From NCBI GenBank assembly GCA_044347345.1, contig JBIKUX010000036.1:1-16435 (forward strand): a DNA stretch of 16,435 bases. Direction: 5' to 3'. A program made the translations under genes and the position numbers. Shown here in pieces: positions 1 to 7,049 of the stretch. Position 1 is the stretch's first letter. Each line of letters opens with the position of its first letter. The notes under the pieces were generated by a model. It ran no database searches and was not told where the DNA came from. It worked only from the letters and a program-made list of their open reading frames with translations. Origin of the DNA: Bdellovibrionota bacterium. GTDB taxonomy: Bacteria > Bdellovibrionota_C > UBA2361 > JBIKUX01.

Positions 1-120
1 GAAAAACCACACGGCTCGCTGGGGGTACCCCCAGCGGTGTTTGCTTCGCAGCTCAGAAAGGAGTTAAAAGATAACAACCGGACTATGCTTCAGACCGTAG
101 CGAAGAAGGGGGGCTGATCA
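1..120 (+). mobile_element. 3' end of an IS3-family (IS407-like) element: transposase C-terminus (1-117, open at window edge) plus right terminal inverted repeat ending in CA at 120
   Basis: Frame 1 reads EKPHGSLGVPPAVFASQLRKELKDNNRTMLQTVAKKGG*. This carries the IS3 'RPHxSL..PP' C-terminal motif and is homologous to RPHGSLRVPPALY in the IS at 11495-12422. It ends GGGGGCTGATCA, comparable to GGGGGTAGGTCA of the second element. Not present in the ORF track. Confidence 0.8.
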
Positions 121-132
121 GGAGGATTGATA

Positions 133-1137
133 ATGTTCCAAGCTTATGCCGCACAAGAACCCGGTGGGAAACTAGAGCCTTTTAATTATAATCCAGGTAT
201 TCTGGGGGTTGACGAAGTACAGATTAAAATAGAATTTTGTGGAATCTGTCATAGCGACATTAGTATGCTAAACAATGACTGGGGCATGTCGAAATATCCT
301 CTTGTTCCTGGTCATGAAATAGTCGGCATAGTGGAGGAAAAGGGCTCTCAAGTGCCAGACCTAGATATCGGACAAAGAGTAGGTGTTGGATGGTTTTCGC
401 GCTCGTGCCTCACTTGTGATTCGTGTATGGACGGTCACCAAAATTTATGTTCGAGGTCTGAAGGTATTATCGTTAACAGACACGGAGGATTTGCCAATAA
501 AGTCAGGTGCCATCACAGTTGGATAACAAAAGTTCCAGAGGAGATACCTCCTGAAACTGCAGGCCCACTTTTTTGTGGAGGATTAACAGTTTTTGGACCA
601 ATTTTTAATCATGTTAGACCAGTAGATCGTGTAGGTGTTATTGGAATTGGCGGATTAGGTCATCTAGCAATTAAGTTTCTGCGTGCATGGGGTTGTGAGG
701 TAACTGCTTTTTCCTCTGATAAATCTAAAACATCTGGTGTAATAAAAATGGGCGCTCATCAAGTAATAGATTCAGTGAGCACTGAAACAATAGCCAAACT
801 AAAAGGATATTTTGACTTTATTATTGCAACTATTAACGTACCTCTAGACTGGCCGGCATACGTTGATACTCTCCGACCAAATGGTAGGCTGCACTTTGTT
901 GGTGCAGTGCTACAACCGGTACCAATTGGTGTTTTTTCACTTCTTGGCGGCAATAAATCAATTGGTGCAAGCCCACTTGGCTCAATCCGACAGATGAGAT
1001 ATTTGCTTGAATTTGTATCTCGCCACAAAATATTTCCAACTGTTGAAATTCACAAACTGAAAGATGTTAATTCAGTACTTGATGAGGTAAAAAACGGCAA
1101 AGCTAGGTACCGAAAAGTTCTAGATTGCCGAGAATGA
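133..1137 (+). CDS. Zn-dependent NAD(P)H alcohol dehydrogenase / aldehyde reductase (MDR superfamily, CAD/Ahr-YjgB-like)
   Basis: CGICHSD and GHEIVG catalytic Zn motifs, structural Zn cluster C-LT-C-DS-C-x7-C, GPLFCGG, Rossmann GIGGLG. GGAGG at 121-125 favours ATG 133 over TTG 127. Confidence 0.93.
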   Translation: MFQAYAAQEPGGKLEPFNYNPGILGVDEVQIKIEFCGICHSDISMLNNDWGMSKYPLVPGHEIVGIVEEKGSQVPDLDIGQRVGVGWFSRSCLTCDSCMDGHQNLCSRSEGIIVNRHGGFANKVRCHHSWITKVPEEIPPETAGPLFCGGLTVFGPIFNHVRPVDRVGVIGIGGLGHLAIKFLRAWGCEVTAFSSDKSKTSGVIKMGAHQVIDSVSTETIAKLKGYFDFIIATINVPLDWPAYVDTLRPNGRLHFVGAVLQPVPIGVFSLLGGNKSIGASPLGSIRQMRYLLEFVSRHKIFPTVEIHKLKDVNSVLDEVKNGKARYRKVLDCRE

Positions 1138-1532
1138 GATAAAGTCAAGAAGCTTTTGGATATTCTCCAACCTAGAGCACATTCCGCTGTCTACTCTACA
1201 TATTCGGGATTTATCTAAATATTCGAGATTAGCGTGGCGTACGGTATTATGGGGAGTACTACGGGTGGTGGTAGTAGCTCTTCCATATAAAATAATATTC
1301 CCCCACTCTCAGAATATAGCCTCTGAGAGTGGCCTTGAGGCCTGCAAAGACTGGTCACAAAGATTGTGCTCCCGCCCAGAGGTCATAAAATCTCTTTATG
1401 AATAAAGAAGACCTCATCTTTTTAGGGTTAGTTACCAAATTTCCAGTAGAAAAAGAGCTGTTCGAAATTTATTGCTGCCCATTACGACATGAATAGGCTT
1501 TGCCCTAATTCAAACTATCCTAATTCCTAAAC

Positions 1533-1773
1533 CCCCCTTAAGGGGGTGGTGAGCGGAGCGAACCGGGGGTGAGTATAACTACCCCCTTAAGGGGGTGGTG
1601 AGCGGAGCGAACCGGGGGTGAGTATAACTACCCCCTTAAGGGGGTGGTGAGCGGAGCGAACCGGGGGTGAGTATAACTACCCCCTCAGGGGGTGGTGAGC
1701 GGAGCGAACCGGGGGTGAGTATAACTACCCCCTCAGGGGGTGGTGAGCGGAGCGAACCGGGGGTGAGTATAAC
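1533..1773. repeat. Tandem array of five 48-49 bp GC-rich palindromic (REP-like) units
   Basis: Unit CCCCCTTAAGGGGGTGGTGAGCGGAGCGAACCGGGGGTGAGTATAACTA starts at 1533, 1582 and 1631. A variant with TCA instead of TTAA starts at 1680 and 1728; the last copy is truncated by 2 nt at the tRNA. No spacers. Confidence 0.97.
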
Positions 1774-1847
1774 AGCGGGTGAACGGATTCGAACCGTCGA
1801 CCTCTTCCTTGGCAAGGAAGCGCTCTAGCCAGCTGAGCTACACCCGC
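1774..1847 (-). tRNA. tRNA-Gly (anticodon GCC), CCA not encoded
   Basis: Reverse complement GCGGGTGTAGCTCAGCTGGCTAGAGCGCTTCCTTGCCAAGGAAGAGGTCGACGGTTCGAATCCGTTCACCCGCT. Acceptor stem GCGGGTG/CACCCGC, anticodon arm CTTCC-TTGCCAA-GGAAG, GGTTCGAATCC T-arm, U discriminator. Confidence 0.97.
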
Positions 1848-1930
1848 GCATAATCAACAGGTATGTTTTGCTAGTTTAAGCAAAGAAAGTCAACTCTGTA
1901 AAACGTACTAATTGAAACTGGAGAAGAAAT

Positions 1931-2230
1931 ATGTCGGATGAATGGAAAAAACGAGAAGAGGCTTTTGAAAATATCTTCTTCCAAAAGAAAAATGAAGAGG
2001 CTCTTGCTAGACTTAGAGAAAGGTTACCAAGAAAGAGTCCGATAACAGGTGAGCCTATGACTCACAAAACAATTTTGGGGGTTATCGTCGATGAATGCCC
2101 TACTTCTGGTGGAATCTGGCTTGATAAAGGAGAACTTGATCAAATTATGGAAGCTATCAGCCATACAGCCATCGAAACTCATCGCCCGTCGATCTTAGAA
2201 ATGTTTTTCAGACACCTCTTTGGGCGGTAA
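1931..2230 (+). CDS. zf-TFIIB-like (zinc-ribbon) small protein with degenerate Cys ligands and an N-terminal charged helix
   Basis: VIVDECPTSGGIWLDKGELDQI matches the 'D.CP.C.GxWLDxGEL' family signature. GGAG RBS at 1921-1924. Confidence 0.8.
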   Translation: MSDEWKKREEAFENIFFQKKNEEALARLRERLPRKSPITGEPMTHKTILGVIVDECPTSGGIWLDKGELDQIMEAISHTAIETHRPSILEMFFRHLFGR

Positions 2231-2355
2231 CCCTTAATTTAGGGCTAAAAATTTGCCGAACAACTGTCCGGTCAAACGGTAGAGACAGTAGGCTACTAGT
2301 AAGTCCTATGATTCAAGCCAGAGGTGCCAAATAAAACGGACTCTTATTTGTAGCA

Positions 2356-2745
2356 CTAGCTAGAGCGACGAACAGATTGAGCGTGATGAGAGGCGAAACC
2401 TGAATTTGTTTTAGTTACGAACTCTATCCCTTCGCCACTTTGGGGTAATTCCTCGCGAGATACTTCCTGATGAAGTGGACGGCGTATCGTACGTTCTTGT
2501 ACAGAATCGTTTCGCCCAAATTCTGCGGCTCTGTTGGTAAATTCTGAGCGACCTGACTCGGCACTTGCAAGTAATACTTCGTGAGCGGTCACTACGGCAT
2601 CACGCACATTTCTTAGGGTTATACGGACTCCACCGAAAGCTCCGGTTGAAAGGTGGGGATTAAGCGAGGGATTAGTTAAATCTTCCAGCATCTTAAGTAA
2701 ATCTGCTGATTCAAGAAGTGTTGTAAGTGCCCGTTTCTGATCCAT
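2356..2745 (-). CDS. Hypothetical protein (helical N-terminal ~60 aa, low-complexity C-terminus)
   Basis: 129-aa ORF with ATG and a GGAG RBS upstream on the minus strand (TTGGAGCTGGC-ATG); a hairpin follows the stop. No recognised motif. Confidence 0.65.
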   Translation of the reverse strand: MDQKRALTTLLESADLLKMLEDLTNPSLNPHLSTGAFGGVRITLRNVRDAVVTAHEVLLASAESGRSEFTNRAAEFGRNDSVQERTIRRPLHQEVSREELPQSGEGIEFVTKTNSGFASHHAQSVRRSS

Positions 2746-2836
2746 GCCAGCTCCAATAAAGGAATGGTTAATATAGTGATGTGATGCCGCTAAATGAAAA
2801 GACGATGCAAACCTTAACTGAAAACCATATTAAACT

Positions 2837-3469
2837 ATGAAACAATTAGCCTTATTTTGTGCTAAATCCATCAAGAAAACCGATGATTTATTGCATCAAG
2901 AAGATCAAACCAAAAAAAGATTTTCTCAAAACCAAGTGATAACTCCCCTACGAAACAAAAATTGCGCCTTAGAGCTACTAGAGGTATGGATAAGATTGAG
3001 AATTCAATATTTTCCGTCACGGGTAGATTTAGATTGTTACCATTTAAAGTGGAGTATGAGATGTCATAAACGCACTTTGGCAACATGCAACTTAATTACT
3101 CGGACGATTATCGTTGCAAGAGAACTAAAATCGCAGGAATATGCGAAAGTAATCGAGCCATTACTTTATCACGAACTATGTCACGCTGTTCTTGGTCACA
3201 CAGTTCTAAAAACTGCCCGTGGTAATTTGTGGCATGGAAAAGATTTCAAAATTTTAGAAAGTTTACATCCTGAGTCAATTTGGTTGGATCAATGGGTCAA
3301 ACAAGGAGGTTGGTCACGAGCAATAAAAAGTGATCGAGCAAAACGAGCCTGGCAAAAGAGAAAAAAGAAAAGAAATTTACAAACAATTGACCTGTTGGAC
3401 GACAATAACTTGCGTTTCTCCCAAAAGCCACTATACACTCCCAAAGCTAAGAGTTTGTTCACCGGATAG
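2837..3469 (+). CDS. SprT-like / M48-like zinc metalloprotease domain protein (start uncertain)
   Basis: LLYHELCHA (HExxH), downstream WHGKDFK third-ligand motif, upstream 'KWS.R.HKRTLATC' SprT-like segment. Confidence 0.8.
   Translation: MKQLALFCAKSIKKTDDLLHQEDQTKKRFSQNQVITPLRNKNCALELLEVWIRLRIQYFPSRVDLDCYHLKWSMRCHKRTLATCNLITRTIIVARELKSQEYAKVIEPLLYHELCHAVLGHTVLKTARGNLWHGKDFKILESLHPESIWLDQWVKQGGWSRAIKSDRAKRAWQKRKKKRNLQTIDLLDDNNLRFSQKPLYTPKAKSLFTG
3410..3439 (+). promoter_or_regulatory. Putative sigma70 promoter for rpsU
   Basis: TTGCGT (3410-3415), 18 nt spacer, TACACT (3434-3439), about 36 nt upstream of ATG 3476. Pattern match only. Confidence 0.35.
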
Positions 3470-3475
3470 AGTGCA

Positions 3476-3895
3476 ATGACTGAAGATTATAAAGAGGAAA
3501 GCCGCAGAGATGATTCGCGCCGTTCATACGGTAGCTTTGATGATTCAGGCGATATTGGAGATTCACGAGGTAACTACGGCGATCGTAACCGTGGAGGGTT
3601 CCGTTCAGGCGGAGGAAACCGTTTTAATAAAGGTGGTTTTGGAGAAGGCGAGAAAGACAAAGCTTACGGAGATAGAGCCCGGAGCGGTGCCATGGAGGTA
3701 GTTGTTGATCACAGCCTTGAAAAAGCTATGAAGATTCTCAAGCGTAAGCTGATCAAAGAGGGATTATTTAAAGAACTAAAATCTCGTAGATACTACGAGA
3801 AACCTTCCGAGAGAAAAAAGAGAAAACTTAAAGAATCAATGAAGAAAATCCGTAAAGAGGAAGCCAGGGCTAGAAAAAACGCTCTGCTGTACTAA
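3476..3895 (+). CDS. rpsU: 30S ribosomal protein bS21 with a long N-terminal low-complexity extension (canonical core begins at ATG 3692)
   Basis: C-terminal 67 aa MEVVVDHSLEKAMKILKRKLIKEGLFKELKSRRYYEKPSERKKRK contain the S21 signature R.YYEKPS. Confidence 0.93.
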   Translation: MTEDYKEESRRDDSRRSYGSFDDSGDIGDSRGNYGDRNRGGFRSGGGNRFNKGGFGEGEKDKAYGDRARSGAMEVVVDHSLEKAMKILKRKLIKEGLFKELKSRRYYEKPSERKKRKLKESMKKIRKEEARARKNALLY

Positions 3896-3926
3896 AGGAT
3901 GGCCGTTCCTCTATGGTGGCCTTTTC

Positions 3927-4017
3927 TATTGAAAGCAGAAAAATATATTGAAAGCAAAAAAATAAAAGCAATGGTATAAAAGTAAAGGAATAAAAGTAAG
4001 GGAAAAAAAGTAAAGGA
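3927..4017. repeat. Short imperfect purine-rich tandem repeats (2 x 19 bp, then about 4 x 14 bp)
   Basis: TATTGAAAGCA(G/A)AAAAATA at 3927 and 3946. ATAAAAGCAATGGT / ATAAAAGTAAAGGA / ATAAAAGTAAGGGA / AAAAAAGTAAAGGA at 3962, 3976, 3990 and 4004. Confidence 0.75.
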
Positions 4018-4034
4018 GCTTAACCCTTAGCAAA

Positions 4035-5363
4035 GTGAGTGACCATAACAACAACCGGGCTAAGCCTCAACTTTCCCTCAATCCATTATTCCCTTTCACG
4101 CTGTATCGGTATGTAATTGCCGAAATAAGCGGTAATTTTCTGGTATGCCTGTTAGCGTTTACTGGGATACTTCTGACCCTTAGGCTTTTACAGTTTACCT
4201 CACTTATAATAAATAAGCATGTAGCAGCTTATCAGATCGCTCTGGTTTTTTTATCTCTTATACCGACTTTTCTGGAAATAGCATTACCGCTTGCTACCCT
4301 CTTGGGGGTGATGCTCACGTACGCCCGACTTTCTGGTGATTCAGAAATAGTGGTGATGAGAGCTAGTGGAGTTAGCGTTAAATCTCTTCTTATACCTGCT
4401 GTATGCTTCGGTGGTATAGTTGCGATTATGTCGCTATTTATTTCAAATTTTGGTAAGCCTGCCGGATTTAGGCTTCTAAATCAGACATTTTTTGAAATAG
4501 CTCAAGCTCGTTCAACCGCCGGATTAAGTCCCGGAATTTTCAACTCTCTCGGTGCAATAATTCTATATTGTGAAGAGATTAAGGATAAAACGGGCGAATT
4601 ACAAAAGGTTTTAATCGAAGACAAGCGAGCTTTGGAAGCTCGGCAAATAATAATAGCAAATAAAGGTCGAATAACCTCGGATAAAAGTAATCAAACAATC
4701 GTTGTAATTTTAGAAGATGGCTATATTCACCAAAATATAGCTGGTAAGTATGTAGTCACCAAATTTGATACGAACCAAATTATTCTTGAACCGAAAGAAC
4801 TTACATCATCAGACGAGTCGCAACGAGGACGAAGAGCGAGAGAATTAACACTGCATGAATTGAATAGTTCAATTGAACTTTTAAGAAACCATCTATCTAC
4901 AGATTTTTACGATCAAAAGGAACTTAATTTAGATCCGTTGATCTTAAATCAGATGAGAGGTAAGGAAATTACGTTTAAAACTTTAAGCCGCAAATTAGTA
5001 CAACTTAAAGTTGAAAAAACTTTTCGTTATGCTGTGCCATTCTCATGCCTTTTGTTAGCTAGTATAGCTGTGCCATTTGGTATCAGTCCGTCGCGACTTC
5101 AACGCTCTTGGGGTGCTGGGCTGTCTACTATACTCGGAATGGCTATATTTATTACATACTACGCTCTACTATCAATCGGTATGACTCTCGCCGAAAGTTC
5201 GATATTATCTCCTCATCTTGGTGTATGGTTACCCAATATAGGTCTTGTGGTTCTAATTATTACTCTTTTAAGGAAAAACAGGCTTGAAGCAAATAGTTCT
5301 GTCGCAGAACTTGTAGAACACTCTATTAAAAGAATTGTGCTTTTAATTAGGGGAGTAAGTTAG
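4035..5363 (+). CDS. lptF: LPS export ABC transporter permease LptF (YjgP/YjgQ family)
   Basis: 'LYRYV..E', 'ARLSGDSEIVVMRASGVS', 3+3 TM layout with periplasmic domain, 'WLPNI'. First of a tandem pair; GTG start uncertain. Confidence 0.88.
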   Translation: MSDHNNNRAKPQLSLNPLFPFTLYRYVIAEISGNFLVCLLAFTGILLTLRLLQFTSLIINKHVAAYQIALVFLSLIPTFLEIALPLATLLGVMLTYARLSGDSEIVVMRASGVSVKSLLIPAVCFGGIVAIMSLFISNFGKPAGFRLLNQTFFEIAQARSTAGLSPGIFNSLGAIILYCEEIKDKTGELQKVLIEDKRALEARQIIIANKGRITSDKSNQTIVVILEDGYIHQNIAGKYVVTKFDTNQIILEPKELTSSDESQRGRRARELTLHELNSSIELLRNHLSTDFYDQKELNLDPLILNQMRGKEITFKTLSRKLVQLKVEKTFRYAVPFSCLLLASIAVPFGISPSRLQRSWGAGLSTILGMAIFITYYALLSIGMTLAESSILSPHLGVWLPNIGLVVLIITLLRKNRLEANSSVAELVEHSIKRIVLLIRGVS

Positions 5364-5419
5364 GCTATTAAGTCAGTTTATAAATCAACTATTGATGATC
5401 CAGAGCAAAGGATTAGTGC

Positions 5420-6532
5420 GTGAGTTTGGTTCAAATTTCTATCTTACATCGCTATATATTACGCCAACTTTTGGTTAATTTTGCCATTAGTTTGGGTGTT
5501 TTGGTGACTCTTTTTGTAATTTTCGATTTCTTTGATCGAATTGATAATATTGTAGCTGAACGAGCCAGTATTTTTTTGACCATTCATTATTTTTTCTTAA
5601 AAGTTCCCCTAATGATCAGTTTCATGCTACCGGTGGCAGTAATGATTGCTACATTGTTTACAGTAGGGTTGTTAAGTAAAAATTCAGAAATAACAGCGAT
5701 GAGAGTAGCCGGACTTCGAGTTCGATGGATTGTATCTCCTATTCTTTTGTTTGGTATTATTCTCAGCTTTATTGGGTTACTTTTTAATGAAAAAGTAGTA
5801 CCGGGAGCTCAGCGACGAGTAAGAGAGATATATAATATTGACATTAGAAAAAAAGACCAAAGAGGTGGCTATAGTCAAGCTGACTTTTGGTGGAGGTATA
5901 AAGATACTTTTTATTCGTCAAGAATCTTTGATTCCAGAACTGATACCCTACTTGGTTTCAGCTCTTTTAAACTCAATAAAAATTTTCAGATAATTGAACG
6001 AGTCAATGCCGATAAAGTACCTTATATAGACTCCATTCTTGGCTGGACAATGATAAATGTTGAAAGATATAGATTCACCCCTCAAACCCCCGTTACTCCG
6101 ATTCTGCAAGAGTTTGCGACCCTTCCACTTCCTATGCTTAAACCGCCATCAGACTTTTACAATATGGAAACTGATCCCCATACCATGAGTTACGGCGAAC
6201 TCAAAACTTTTATCTTAGAACAGCAAAGAAATGGTCTTGCTACTTCGGGATATTTGGCGGATCTTTACGAAAAAATATCTTTTCCGTTCGTTGCTGCGAT
6301 TCTACCTCTCATTGTAATTCCATTTTCACTTTTACCAGCTCGTAAAGGTAATATGGCACCCGCTATAATGGCTGCTCTTGCCATCAGTTTTTCATATTAT
6401 GCTATACACTCGTTTAGCGTGGCACTGGGAAGAGCGGAACTCATTGCGCCTATGCTATCTGCGTGGTTAGCTAATTTATTGCTTGGATTAATCGGCTCTG
6501 TTCTTCTTTGTGGTACAGAGGCCCCTAGATAG
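5420..6532 (+). CDS. lptG: LPS export ABC transporter permease LptG (YjgP/YjgQ family)
   Basis: 'ILHRYI', 'LSKNSEITAMRVAG', 'KISFPF', 'SAWLAN'. Second of the pair. Confidence 0.9.
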   Translation: MSLVQISILHRYILRQLLVNFAISLGVLVTLFVIFDFFDRIDNIVAERASIFLTIHYFFLKVPLMISFMLPVAVMIATLFTVGLLSKNSEITAMRVAGLRVRWIVSPILLFGIILSFIGLLFNEKVVPGAQRRVREIYNIDIRKKDQRGGYSQADFWWRYKDTFYSSRIFDSRTDTLLGFSSFKLNKNFQIIERVNADKVPYIDSILGWTMINVERYRFTPQTPVTPILQEFATLPLPMLKPPSDFYNMETDPHTMSYGELKTFILEQQRNGLATSGYLADLYEKISFPFVAAILPLIVIPFSLLPARKGNMAPAIMAALAISFSYYAIHSFSVALGRAELIAPMLSAWLANLLLGLIGSVLLCGTEAPR

Positions 6533-6626
6533 ACCTTTATTGGCTGCCTTTATAACGCTTGGCTAACGTTTGACAGTCCCGCTCTACTAGGGATAATACT
6601 AGCTATATTGTAATAATAGAAAACTC

Positions 6627-7025
6627 TTAGCGTTTTGAGAATTGTGGACGCTTGCGAGCTTTGTGTCTTCCGTACTTTTTACGCTCAACTTCGCGAGCAT
6701 CACGGGTGAGGAATCCAGCTTTCTTCAGTGGTGTTCTATTTTCCCCCTCTGTTTGGAGAAGAACTCTAGCTATTCCATGCCTCACAGCTCCAGCCTGACC
6801 GGCTTTTCCACCTCCGCATACGTTCACTGTTATATCAACCTTGTCGGCCACACCGAGTAACTCCAGAGGCTGTCTGAGTACCATGACAGATGTTTCCCGT
6901 CCAAAATACTCAGCGTGAGGCAAACCGTTTACGATGATATTCCCAGACCCAGGTTTAAGAAAAACTCTAGCTACAGCTGTCTTTCTTCTACCAATTGCGT
7001 GTTTAACATTACCTTTAAGAGACAT
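6627..7025 (-). CDS. rpsI: 30S ribosomal protein S9
   Basis: [28 protein letters not shown]-terminal [17 protein letters not shown]. Confidence 0.99.
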   Translation of the reverse strand: MSLKGNVKHAIGRRKTAVARVFLKPGSGNIIVNGLPHAEYFGRETSVMVLRQPLELLGVADKVDITVNVCGGGKAGQAGAVRHGIARVLLQTEGENRTPLKKAGFLTRDAREVERKKYGRHKARKRPQFSKR

Positions 7026-7049
7026 ATAAATACCTAAAGAAGCTGTTTT

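Noticed and set aside
17..36. Perfect 20-bp palindrome CGCTGGGGGTACCCCCAGCG as a REP or terminator
   Set aside because: It lies within the transposase coding sequence (SLGVPPA), and the homologous segment is present in the second IS.
759..1039. Minus-strand ORFs 759-1028 and 833-1039
   Set aside because: Antisense shadows of the ADH gene with no motifs.
1533..1773. CRISPR array
   Set aside because: Units are contiguous and near-identical with no unique spacers, and there are no cas genes in the window.
2323..2332. GGTGCCAAAT resembling part of a SAM-I riboswitch
   Set aside because: The other SAM-I elements are absent, and the site lies between convergent gene ends.
2871..3701. ORFs 2871-3086 (-) and 3510-3701 (+)
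   Set aside because: They overlap better-supported genes (SprT-like, rpsU) and have no recognisable features.
3896..3926. Intrinsic terminator after rpsU (GGCC...GGCC-TTTTCT)
   Set aside because: The stem is short and imperfect; too weak to call.
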